Made by a program: the position numbers and the translations under genes. The notes beneath the pieces were generated by a model. It was not told where the DNA came from and made no database searches. It worked only from the letters and a program-made list of their open reading frames with translations. A DNA stretch of 64,000 nt from Patescibacteria group bacterium (lineage in GTDB: Bacteria > Patescibacteriota > Minisyncoccia > UBA6257 > 02-FULL-45-10c): positions 54,567 to 118,566 of the forward strand of contig JAGWYA010000001.1 in the NCBI GenBank assembly GCA_018969615.1, given 5' to 3'. Each line of letters begins with the position of its first letter. The stretch's first letter is position 1. Of this stretch, positions 20,963-29,463 are shown piece by piece.

Positions 20963-20982
20963 GTTATACACAGACCACAACA

Positions 20983-21010
20983 TTGCACCGGAAAAACGGG
21001 CTGGTATAGT
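20983..21010 (+). promoter_or_regulatory. Sigma-70 promoter with extended -10
   Basis: TTGCAC-16-TATAGT with TG at the extended position; precedes a non-coding structured unit. Confidence 0.6.
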
Positions 21011-21015
21011 AAAGG

Positions 21016-21152
21016 TAAGCGCATCGGAGATCGCCGATCCGCGAGAGCAGGGAAAAACAAAAAATTCCCACGCTGAGGGTTATCTCTCCCTCGTAATATC
21101 AAAAGAACCTCGATCTTTGGAAGGCCTCACTTCGGTGGGGCCCTTCTTTTTT
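21016..21152 (+). ncRNA. Candidate small structured RNA (about 135 nt)
   Basis: Promoter upstream, three hairpins, no ATG, terminator aaggcctcac-ttcg-gtggggccctt plus T run. Confidence 0.5.
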
Positions 21153-21189
21153 CTCCCGTCCTCTTTTTTGCTATACTACTTAATGATAT

Positions 21190-22206
21190 ATGCGCCTCCT
21201 CCGATCCCTCCCGCTCTCCCGTCTGAAGAATAAAGTCGCCATTCTGCGGCTTGATTTCAATACCGAAGACAACTGGCGGATGGACGCCAGCCTGCCGACC
21301 GTGCGCTATCTTGCCCGCCATTGCGCCGCGGTCATGATCGTCAGCCACAAAGGCAGGCCGAAAGGATTTGAAGAAAAGCTCAGCCTGCGCCGGATCGCGC
21401 GCGTCCTCGCCGGAAAATTGGAACAGAAAGTAAATTTTATGCCTGATTTCGACTTCCGCGCCATCACAGCGCAGGTCCGTACCGCCCCGAAAGGAAGCAT
21501 TTTTATGCTGGAAAATCTCCGATTCCTTCCGGGGGAATCAAAGAACGATCCGAGGCTTGCGAAACAGCTTGCCTCGCTGGGAGATCTTTACATCAATGAC
21601 GCCTTTGCGGTCTCGCACCGCGCCAACGCCTCAGTGGTTGCGATCACAAAATATCTCCCAAGCTATGCCGGATTCGAAGTGGAACAGGAGGTGAACCATC
21701 TCGGACAGGCGATCAGGCATCCAAAAAAACCGCTTGTCATTATCCTGGGCGGCGCAAAGATCGACGATAAGCTCCGGGTCTATGATAACCTCAAGTCAAA
21801 AGCGTCGGTCTTTCTGATCGGCGGCGCGCTCACGGATGATATTATCCGCACATTGGCGCGGCCGAAGATCGTTTTTCCGACCGACTTCAGAACGATCAAT
21901 ACTGACATCCGTGATATCGGACCGAAAACGGCGAAAGAATACTGCAAGATCATCCGCACCGCAAAAACCATTTTATGGAACGGCCCGGTCGGCGACATCA
22001 ATCATAAGCGGTTTGCACAGGGGACCATCGCGCTCGCGCGCTGCGTGGCAAAGAACCGGAACAGCATTGTCGGAGGCGGCGAGACCGTCATGTTCCTGAA
22101 AAAGCTGAAGCTGGATAACAAGATCGGATTTATTTCGACCGGCGGCGGCGCGATGCTTGATTTCATTGCCGGCATGAAATTGCCGGGCCTCGAAGCGCTC
22201 AAATAA
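21190..22206 (+). CDS. pgk: Phosphoglycerate kinase (shortened)
   Basis: RLDFN, SHKGRP, LENLRF, NDAFAVSHR, LGGAKIDDK, WNGPVG, GGGET, ISTGGGA. Confidence 0.93.
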   Translation: MRLLRSLPLSRLKNKVAILRLDFNTEDNWRMDASLPTVRYLARHCAAVMIVSHKGRPKGFEEKLSLRRIARVLAGKLEQKVNFMPDFDFRAITAQVRTAPKGSIFMLENLRFLPGESKNDPRLAKQLASLGDLYINDAFAVSHRANASVVAITKYLPSYAGFEVEQEVNHLGQAIRHPKKPLVIILGGAKIDDKLRVYDNLKSKASVFLIGGALTDDIIRTLARPKIVFPTDFRTINTDIRDIGPKTAKEYCKIIRTAKTILWNGPVGDINHKRFAQGTIALARCVAKNRNSIVGGGETVMFLKKLKLDNKIGFISTGGGAMLDFIAGMKLPGLEALK

Positions 22207-22211
22207 TCTCT

Positions 22212-23381
22212 ATGGCTCAATTTAAAAATACCGGGAAAGCGATCCGGCGCATTCTTTTGGCGAAACAACAGAATGAAAAGATCGGTATTTGGGGTGATTA
22301 CGACCCCGACGGCATTCCCGGAGCGACCCTTATCCGCAGCGCGCTGCTCGGCGCGGGGTTCAAGCGGGGCGATCTGACGGTGATCCTCCCGAACATCAAG
22401 CGGTATAACCGGAGCTTCAATCCGGTCCATTTACGGCTCCTCAAGCGCAAAGGCGTTTCACTGATCCTGGGCGTTGATTTCGGAACCGCCGATTTTGCGC
22501 AGGTGAAGATGGCGCACGACATGGGGTTTGATATCATCTTATTCGACCACCATCTGCAGCTTCCCGGAAAGCTTCCGGCGATCCTGATCAACCATCTGCA
22601 GAAAGGGGACCACTATCCGCATAAGAACTGGTCCGGCACTGGCGTCGCGTATAAATTCTTTGAAGCCTTTTATCACGATCAGAAGCTTGATCTTGTAAAG
22701 CTGGAAAAGAACATCGACCTGCTAACACTCGCTCTCATTGCCGATCGCATTCCGATCGACGGCTATAACGACAAATACATCGAGCGCGGCGTACATCTCC
22801 TGAACCGGCATACGCGGCCAGGCCTCCAGGCCTTTCTTCATTTGACCGAAAACGACCACATCACACGCCATCAGGTTATGTCGACGTTCATCAGCCGTTT
22901 TTATCCGCGGCGGAGCAATGAAGAAAATGAGCTGTATCGGCTCTTTACGGCAAAGACGCAGAAGGCGGCGTCCCGATATGCCAAGATCCTCAATGGTCGG
23001 TATCGGGCGGTTCGCGCTGAGATCGACTCCTCGGTCCAAAAAGGTGTTGATGCCTATAAGGCGGGCGCCCGGAACGTAGTCGTACTCCGCGTGAATATGC
23101 CCTCCCTTGCCAGCGGGATGGTTGCCGCAGTTTCAGAGGGGCTCGTTGAAAAGATCGAGATCCCGGTCTTTGTCTATAAGCGGCAGAAGAATTTCTTTCA
23201 AGGCTCGGCTCGGGCGCCATTGGGTTCTGACTTCAATCTCTCCAAAGCCCTCGATACCTGTAAAGATATCATGATCAGCTACGGCGGCCATCCGACTGCG
23301 ATCGGATTCCATTTTAAGGCAAGCAAGGAAAAGCAGTTTCAAAAAGCGGTACAGGAATATTTCAACAACCTATCCAGGTAG
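22212..23381 (+). CDS. DHH-family phosphoesterase, RecJ-like exonuclease
   Basis: GDYDPDG, VDFG, DHH, GSAR, GGHPTAIG. Confidence 0.85.
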   Translation: MAQFKNTGKAIRRILLAKQQNEKIGIWGDYDPDGIPGATLIRSALLGAGFKRGDLTVILPNIKRYNRSFNPVHLRLLKRKGVSLILGVDFGTADFAQVKMAHDMGFDIILFDHHLQLPGKLPAILINHLQKGDHYPHKNWSGTGVAYKFFEAFYHDQKLDLVKLEKNIDLLTLALIADRIPIDGYNDKYIERGVHLLNRHTRPGLQAFLHLTENDHITRHQVMSTFISRFYPRRSNEENELYRLFTAKTQKAASRYAKILNGRYRAVRAEIDSSVQKGVDAYKAGARNVVVLRVNMPSLASGMVAAVSEGLVEKIEIPVFVYKRQKNFFQGSARAPLGSDFNLSKALDTCKDIMISYGGHPTAIGFHFKASKEKQFQKAVQEYFNNLSR

Positions 23382-23509
23382 TAGATCTGCGATGCGCATT
23401 TAACTTTATTCGCATATCGAAATTGGATAACATTATAGAAAGCTACTATGACCATAGAGAATAATAAAATTATTTTTTGCGAATAAATGTCGCAGATTCA
23501 CTACCTGGT

Positions 23510-24151
23510 ATGAGCTCCGCGAAGAAATACTACGCTTATTTCTTTTCCACCGATAAACAAGGGATCTGCGATTCGTGGATCGAGTGCGAAAAGATCGTCT
23601 CGGGAAAGAACGCGCGGTTCCGCGGATTTTCTACGCGCAGTGAAGCGGAGGCCTGGCTGAATGCCGGAGCGAACTATGAACTAAAGCCGAAAAAACAAAG
23701 GGTAAAAACAGAATTGCTTCCGGGGATCTATTTTGATGCCGGAACCGGCAGGGGAGACGGCACCGAGATCAGTGTCACGGATGAAAACGGCGCGAACTTG
23801 CTTCATAAGGTTATGCTGAAGAAAAAGATCAACAAGCATGGCAAGCACCTTCTTACCAAGGGCGAGACCAATAATTACGGCGAACTGCTCGCATGCCAAT
23901 ACGCGCTGAAGCTCGCGCTAAAAAATTTAAAAAAAGGAATTTATCCTGAGCGAAGCCGAAGGATCTTCGGGGACAGCAAGCTTGTGATCGAATACTGGTC
24001 CAAAGGGTTCATTAAGCGCAACGATCTGCCGAAAGCGACCGTGAAGCTTGCCGATGCGGTGGCGAAATTACGAAAAAAATTCGAGGAGGCTGGCGGCCAG
24101 ATCCGCCACATTTCCGGAGACGATAACCCGGCAGACCTGGGATTTCACTAA
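23510..24151 (+). CDS. Ribonuclease HI with N-terminal viroplasmin-type hybrid-binding domain
   Basis: KYYAY...SWIECEKIVSG...FRGFSTRSEAEAWL; IYFDAG, TNNYGEL, FGDS, NPAD. Confidence 0.85.
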   Translation: MSSAKKYYAYFFSTDKQGICDSWIECEKIVSGKNARFRGFSTRSEAEAWLNAGANYELKPKKQRVKTELLPGIYFDAGTGRGDGTEISVTDENGANLLHKVMLKKKINKHGKHLLTKGETNNYGELLACQYALKLALKNLKKGIYPERSRRIFGDSKLVIEYWSKGFIKRNDLPKATVKLADAVAKLRKKFEEAGGQIRHISGDDNPADLGFH

Positions 24152-24189
24152 AAAATAAGGCCGTCCCATGATCATTTAAGGACGGCCTA
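24152..24189. terminator. Terminator hairpin (T run on minus strand)
   Basis: aggccgtcc / ggacggcct stem. Confidence 0.7.
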
Positions 24190-24317
24190 TCTAATAGAAA
24201 GGTTATGTGTTCGGCACGAATTTGATCAGCCGCATAACCTCTAAAGGTATTTGTAGTCTATAAAATACACGGAGAAGTGTCAATAAAAAACTCGCCCAAG
24301 CGGACGAGTGACTCTGG

Positions 24318-24587
24318 TCATTCTTGATTCATAAAAGCACGGATCGGCTCTCCAAAAGCTTTTTCGCCGATGCCGCCGAGCACAAGAAGGATCGCCGCGA
24401 TCCAGTGGACCGTCAAAAGCACGAGTGCCAAACCGGAACAGATCAGCGCGAGCCAATAATGATCACCGGAGAGCGAAAGGACCGCGATCGCGATAAGCGC
24501 AATTCCCGAAATTCTTTCCATCGATATCCTCAAAGTTGTTTTCGCAGGATCTCTTTTGAGTATGGGTCGATAGGTATTCATTGTCAA
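24318..24587 (-). CDS. Small membrane hypothetical protein
   Basis: Hydrophobic ORF followed by a hairpin terminator; start uncertain. Confidence 0.6.
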   Translation of the reverse strand: MTMNTYRPILKRDPAKTTLRISMERISGIALIAIAVLSLSGDHYWLALICSGLALVLLTVHWIAAILLVLGGIGEKAFGEPIRAFMNQE

Positions 24588-24645
24588 TTTTAAAATAAAA
24601 AATGCCCCCGCTTAGTCTTTCGACTGAGTGGGGGCGTGAGACTCA

Positions 24646-24906
24646 TTATGGATGAGCCTTCTTTGCGAGGTACTCCTTCTCCAACGCCTTGTCTCGGGCT
24701 TTACGCTGGATCTCATCGATCACGAAAACCACCACTACGCATGCGAAAAGCCCAGCGATGATGGTCAAGGTCGTGATCAAATGCGTCCAGAAAATGAACC
24801 AGAGCGCCTGAAGGACGAGCGCTGCGAGTAATACGGCGAGAACCGCACCAACGATCGCTGCTGCAACGACAAAGATCAACATGAAGAACAATCCGATGAT
24901 CTCCAT
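24646..24906 (-). CDS. Small membrane hypothetical protein
   Basis: SD AAAGGAGG, promoter TTGACA-17-TATCTT, two TM segments, terminator at about 24603-24638. Confidence 0.75.
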   Translation of the reverse strand: MEIIGLFFMLIFVVAAAIVGAVLAVLLAALVLQALWFIFWTHLITTLTIIAGLFACVVVVFVIDEIQRKARDKALEKEYLAKKAHP

Positions 24907-24996
24907 ACTACCTCCTTTCAATTTAAAATGTACTTAAGCTATAAGATACCAGATTATAGTGATATTGTCAACTTATAGAAACTATGCTATAGTGAC

Positions 24997-25364
24997 TGCG
25001 GTAACTCAGATAGCAGCTTTGATCCGCTTCGGCGGATCGGAGAGGAAAGTCCGGACACCATGAGCGGTCCTTGATCGTTCAAAGCGTAGCGGCTAACAGC
25101 CGTCATCAGTAATGAAGAGGTGCGAGCAGTGACGTCTTGATCCGAAAGGAGCAGGAGAGCCTGATCTCAACGTAATCGGCTTAACCCGGCCATAGAGATA
25201 ATAAAGCCGGGGTGAAACGGCAAAATCCTTACAGGGTGCAAGTCCGTGCTTCGATGCAAATCGGAGAGTGACGCAAAGATCCTTTGTGTAAACAGAGGGC
25301 AAGATAAATTGTTATCATTCCGGCTCCGGCCGGAAAACAGAATCCGGCTTATGAGTTACCCGCA
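24997..25364 (+). ncRNA. rnpB: RNase P RNA
   Basis: GAGGAAAGTCCGGAC near 25042, GGGTGAAACGG, AACAGAATCCGGCTTA near 25336; terminal stem ggtaactc/gagttacc; promoter TTGTCA-17-TATAGT; terminator at 25366-25386. Confidence 0.95.
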
Positions 25365-25426
25365 CAGCCGCCGCAAGGCGGCTTTTGCGTTTTTATACAA
25401 TAAAAAACAACCTCTTAAAGAGGTTG

Positions 25427-25729
25427 TCATTCGATCCGCGGCAGAGCGATGCTCCAGCCGCATTCATGATTCAAACAGTCCCATTGCTGCAGCTCATGAT
25501 CGGCAGTGAGCTTGACCGACCAGAGCTTGCACACCGGGCACCGGCTCAATGCATGCATTTTTGTGAAAAAATTTCTGCATTTTTCGGTCGCGCAGGCGAT
25601 CCACTCAAGTTCGATATACGCCGCAAGACGGTCAAGGATCTCCCGGTCTTTGAATTGTTCAAAGATCCGTTTTCCGACAATACCACAATGCCGGCAGGAC
25701 AGGGAAGTGGCAAACTGCCGTCTCCGCAT
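25427..25729 (-). CDS. Cys-rich hypothetical protein (putative double zinc ribbon)
   Basis: SD GAGGAGG; CRHC, CATEKC, CPVC, CLNHEC. Confidence 0.65.
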   Translation of the reverse strand: MRRRQFATSLSCRHCGIVGKRIFEQFKDREILDRLAAYIELEWIACATEKCRNFFTKMHALSRCPVCKLWSVKLTADHELQQWDCLNHECGWSIALPRIE

Positions 25730-25812
25730 AATCCCTCCTCTCTAATGGACTGGCTTTATCCTATCAATTTCATCCCTAAAAATACAACAGGCCACCCGAA
25801 GGTGGCCCTTGC

Positions 25813-26046
25813 TTACATCCAGGGGATGTAAGCGGTGAGGTCCTGCTTGAGGACCAGGAACTTCCGGCGCAAGCGCGCGAGGTTCCGATTCTCTTTGATG
25901 CTGAAGAACATCAGTCCCAGTCCGATGACGGCGATGACGACGCCCAGCGGGAAGCTGTAGCGGTTCGTCGCGTAGTCGGACGTCCCCGCGCCCAAGGTGG
26001 TAAGGAAGAACCCGATCCATCCCATTCCCAAGTCGATGTCGATCAT
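25813..26046 (-). CDS. Small two-TM hypothetical protein
   Basis: SD AAAGGAG, GC-rich codon use, hairpin ggccacc-cgaa-ggtggcc downstream. Confidence 0.7.
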   Translation of the reverse strand: MIDIDLGMGWIGFFLTTLGAGTSDYATNRYSFPLGVVIAVIGLGLMFFSIKENRNLARLRRKFLVLKQDLTAYIPWM

Positions 26047-26079
26047 ACACTCTCCTTTTTACGGCAATGGTTTTGAGAA

Positions 26080-26655
26080 AAATTGGGCCCCACCGGATTA
26101 AACTCACTCCGGTGGGGCTTGCGTCTTTTCAATGGCCCTTTGCCGACCCTCATCCTTGGGGAAGGTCGTTTTGCCCTTAGGGCGATGTTGGGCAAATCGG
26201 GAGCCCCTGCATGCCGCGTTACGCGCCAAACGGCGCGGTACGCAACGGCGTGCAGGGGGTACGACTCATCATTCACCGTTGGTGGCGGCTTACTCGCGTT
26301 TCACCGCGCGTTGGGGGCGGTGTTTGCCCTTTTACAGGCAAATCGTGGCCCCGCAAATAAGAGACTTCGCTTTCGCTGTCTCTATAGCCAAGGTCCGTGC
26401 TCTCGGTACGTCACATTCACATCCATTTATCAAGATGAGAGCACGGATCATACGATCACACACGGGGCCGCCGTAAGCGTCGTGTCAGCACCATTGGGTG
26501 CCTCCTTTGAGCTCGCTACAGGGTAGCGGACGTCAGGCGCACTCCACGCGCAACAGGCATTCCGTCGGTCGGCCTGCGGGCGGGGAGCGAAGGATGGGCC
26601 CGAACTTCAGGCACATTCTTCGCTTCCCGCTCGCTTTATTTGTTTTAAAAGTACC
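26080..26655 (-). ncRNA. Candidate large structured non-coding RNA or long leader (about 570 nt)
   Basis: Promoter TTGACA-17-TATCTT at 26689-26661, about 10 stems including nested long-range pairs, terminator-like 11-bp stem at 26087-26118. Confidence 0.6.
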
Positions 26656-26660
26656 TGATA

Positions 26661-26689
26661 AAGATAGCATATATTATCAATTCTGTCAA
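26661..26689 (-). promoter_or_regulatory. Near-consensus sigma-70 promoter
   Basis: TTGACA gaattgataatatatgc TATCTT (17-nt spacer, TG extension). Confidence 0.75.
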
Positions 26690-26752
26690 TATCCTTGGCA
26701 GGGCATCAAAAACCGATTATACTATCCGCAGTTCTTCACGAGGTGAACACTA

Positions 26753-27031
26753 ATGAGCGAACCATGGATGGTCAAGGTCATTGACGTGATCCACGATGAT
26801 TGCAACCGGCCCATTTGGGTGCGGATCCAGTACATCAAGGAAGGGGAATTACTCCACGATGCCGTATTCGTCCGGGGAAGAGAACAGGCTGCAGTTTTTC
26901 TGGAAAGACGGATCAATGGCTTCATTCCCAAAAACCGATTCGGCAGAATGCGGAAAAGGGCCTTTGCGGTCATAGAACAAGCAAGGCCCCCTGAAGCGAT
27001 CCAGCTGGGTCTTCCGCTCGACTTAGGATAA
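26753..27031 (+). CDS. Hypothetical protein (92 aa)
   Basis: SD GAGGTG, terminator aagctccc/gggagctt plus T run. Confidence 0.7.
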   Translation: MSEPWMVKVIDVIHDDCNRPIWVRIQYIKEGELLHDAVFVRGREQAAVFLERRINGFIPKNRFGRMRKRAFAVIEQARPPEAIQLGLPLDLG

Positions 27032-27118
27032 ACACCAAGCTCCCGTTATGGGAGCTTTTTATTTTTATACGCTCAAGGTATTCTATACAGAGCACCATAC
27101 ATAACTAAGAGGCTAAAA

Positions 27119-27466
27119 ATGAGCAGATTAGTGACAGAAGTTATTGATGATACATTTAGTAACTTAGTTTTAAATTCCCCCTTACCGGTCATTGTTGATT
27201 TCTGGTCACCGGCTTGCGGTCCGTGCATTTCCCTTGCGCCGCTTTTAGAAAAGTATGCAAAGAAAATGCAAGGCAAAATAACTTTTTTGAAATACGAAGT
27301 GAAATGGGGAGATGATCAGCCCATAAGAGCTCAATATGATATCCGTTGCCTGCCAACGGCCATTCTTTTCAAGAACGGCAAGGAAATGAAAAGAGCTTCG
27401 GGAATCGGCTCAGCGGATACCACTATCAATGTCTTGCTCGCTTCATTAGCTCGGCCCCCTTTATAA
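27119..27466 (+). CDS. Thioredoxin family protein
   Basis: VIVDFWSPACGPC and IRCLPTAILFKNG. Confidence 0.88.
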   Translation: MSRLVTEVIDDTFSNLVLNSPLPVIVDFWSPACGPCISLAPLLEKYAKKMQGKITFLKYEVKWGDDQPIRAQYDIRCLPTAILFKNGKEMKRASGIGSADTTINVLLASLARPPL

Positions 27467-27595
27467 AGGGGGGCTATTTTATATACGATCCGACTATGAG
27501 ATTGCCCCGTATAAAAACAAGTCATTGACTTTTCCGCTTATTTTTATTATAATATAAACAGTTTTTCGTTAAATTTCAGAGCAAGGAGGCGCGCC

Positions 27596-27916
27596 ATGAT
27601 GCGTATGTCTTCACAGCAGCTCGATGACCAGACGGTTCTGGTCATCGGCTACGACGTGGACGAAGATCCTGACATCGAATTGTGCGCGGTCTTCCGAGCC
27701 CTGGAAACCGAACGCACAGCGCAGCTCATCAAAAGGTACAGCCGCGGTGCAGGAGAAGAGCACCAGCTCGAAATGGACAACTTCCGCGATCTGGATGAAG
27801 AGACGAAGCAACGCTTCGAGAAGGTGATGCCCGGCTTCCATAAAGCCGCGATGCAGGCGTTCAAGTTCGCGCCGTTCGACGACAGCCTTCCGCCGCAAGG
27901 AGAGCTGGACATCTGA
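27596..27916 (+). CDS. Hypothetical acidic protein
   Basis: Promoter TTGACT...TATAAT, SD AAGGAGG, terminator at about 27922-27958. Confidence 0.75.
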   Translation: MMRMSSQQLDDQTVLVIGYDVDEDPDIELCAVFRALETERTAQLIKRYSRGAGEEHQLEMDNFRDLDEETKQRFEKVMPGFHKAAMQAFKFAPFDDSLPPQGELDI

Positions 27917-28138
27917 CCCAAGCCCTCCGATCAATTCAAACGATCGGAGGGCTTTTTCATTGTTTGTCCAATTTATTCTTATCCGATAAGCCGAGGATAA
28001 ATTGGATACAAACAATAGAACCCCGCTAAGAGCGGGGTGAAGTGTTAACTTCATTTTTTATTCAATAAAAAGACCCACTATGACGCGTCATAGTGGGTTA
28101 TATGCAGGCGATAAAGGAGGCGTGGCTGAGCTTTTACT

Positions 28139-28399
28139 TTAGATCGTTCCGCCTAATCTCAACGCGACCCTCTTCCTTGCCTCTTTTCTCCTTTCCGCTT
28201 TCGCCAGCTTTTGCTGCCGCTCATATTCTTTCTTCACAAAGGCGATATGTCTTTTCACAGGCTCGCTCTCAAGGATCGAGCGAAGATCATAAACAATCGT
28301 GCCGCAGGCAAGCACGCGCCTTACTTTGACCGCGGGGAAAAAGCTTGGACAAAACCTTTTGAGCCAGGGGATCCTGGAAAGCGGCGATTCTCTGACCAT
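28139..28399 (-). CDS. Hypothetical basic protein
   Basis: Promoter TTGACG...TATACT upstream, terminator acccactatgac/gtcatagtgggt downstream. Confidence 0.6.
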   Translation of the reverse strand: MVRESPLSRIPWLKRFCPSFFPAVKVRRVLACGTIVYDLRSILESEPVKRHIAFVKKEYERQQKLAKAERRKEARKRVALRLGGTI

Positions 28400-28461
28400 C
28401 TGAGCACTTCCGTTATTAAAACGTACTAACCTCAGTATAGAACCCTCTCTTGGCTCGTCAA

Positions 28462-29463
28462 CTATTTCTTCTTACGACGGGAGGAGGGCCGGGAATCGAT
28501 TTTCTTCTTCTTGATGATCTCATTGAGGATCTTTTTCACCCGTTCAACACTGTCCCAGTCATAGATGGAGATGACATATGTCTTCGGATTCAATTTTTTC
28601 ATTTTCGCCATCAGCGCCTTCAGTTGTTTCGGACTGACCGCATCGCTCTTGCTGATAAAAAGATATTCCTTCTTCTTCAGAAGCGCTTTATTATAGGCGC
28701 CGAGCTCTTTCCGGATCGTACGATAATCAGCGACCGGGTGCGCCGACTCAGCGGATACAAAATGAAAGAGGATGCCGGTGCGTTCCACGTGGCGGAGGAA
28801 TTTCATACCCAAGCCCTTCCCGGACGAAGCGCCTTCGATCAATCCCGGAATATCGGCAAGAATAAGCTCATAGTGCACCCCGAGGTTTGGCTCAAGCGTA
28901 GTGAACGGATAGTTCGCCACTTTGCTCTTTGCGCCGGTCAGTTCATTGAGCAGGCTCGATTTCCCGACGTTCGGCAACCCCACGAATCCGACATCGGCGA
29001 TCATCTTCAGTTCCAGCCGGAGTTTGAATTGTTCGCCGGGAAGGCCGTATTGGAAACGCTTCGGGCTCGTGTTCTTTGGCGAGCGGAACAAAAAATTACC
29101 CTTGCCGCCGTGGCCGCCTTTGGCGATCGGGATCCGTTCACCGATCTTTACGATCTCCTGTGCCGCTCCCGTATCCAAATTATGGACTACGGTCCCGACC
29201 GGTATTTTGAGCACCAGATCGTTGCCGGTCGACCCATCGCTGAATTGCCCTCGGCCGGGCCGGCCGTTCTCGGCAGAGATATCCTTTTTAAAACGGAATT
29301 GATTGAGCGCGCTCAGATCGGACACGCCTTCAAAAAAAATACTGCCGCCGTTTCCGCCGCTTCCGCCTGCAGGACCGAGCGCCATCTTGTTTTTATCGAA
29401 CGCCACGGCGCCTTGTCCGCCGTCGCCAGCCTTCACCTGGATTGTGATATCGTCGATCAGCAT
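28462..29463 (-). CDS. obg: GTPase Obg/CgtA (no C-terminal extension)
   Basis: AGDGGQG, GGHGGKGN, LELKMIADVGFVGLPNVGKS, YPFTTLEPNLG, DIPGLIEGAS. Confidence 0.96.
   Translation of the reverse strand: MLIDDITIQVKAGDGGQGAVAFDKNKMALGPAGGSGGNGGSIFFEGVSDLSALNQFRFKKDISAENGRPGRGQFSDGSTGNDLVLKIPVGTVVHNLDTGAAQEIVKIGERIPIAKGGHGGKGNFLFRSPKNTSPKRFQYGLPGEQFKLRLELKMIADVGFVGLPNVGKSSLLNELTGAKSKVANYPFTTLEPNLGVHYELILADIPGLIEGASSGKGLGMKFLRHVERTGILFHFVSAESAHPVADYRTIRKELGAYNKALLKKKEYLFISKSDAVSPKQLKALMAKMKKLNPKTYVISIYDWDSVERVKKILNEIIKKKKIDSRPSSRRKKK

Noticed and set aside
20964-20972. DnaA box TTATACACA
   Set aside because: Single copy, no cluster or adjacent dnaA; not evidence for oriC
23386-23496. Imperfect inverted repeats around an AT-rich spacer (MITE- or dif-like)
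   Set aside because: Arms are gapped and short, no target duplication, no clean 11-6-11 geometry
26100-26180. c-di-GMP-I riboswitch resemblance (GGCAAA...GAAA..GACGCAAGCC)
   Set aside because: The required P2 stem around the GAAA loop cannot be formed; the similarity is word-level only
26043-26526. ORFs 26043-26276(-), 26083-26526(+), 26132-26476(+)
   Set aside because: No SD, non-ATG starts, Arg/Pro/Gly-rich composition typical of GC-rich structured DNA; the ATGA overlap at 26043 is noted but insufficient
26080-26545. Group II intron (GTGCGCC on minus strand near 26541)
   Set aside because: No domain V/VI, no interrupted gene and no reverse transcriptase
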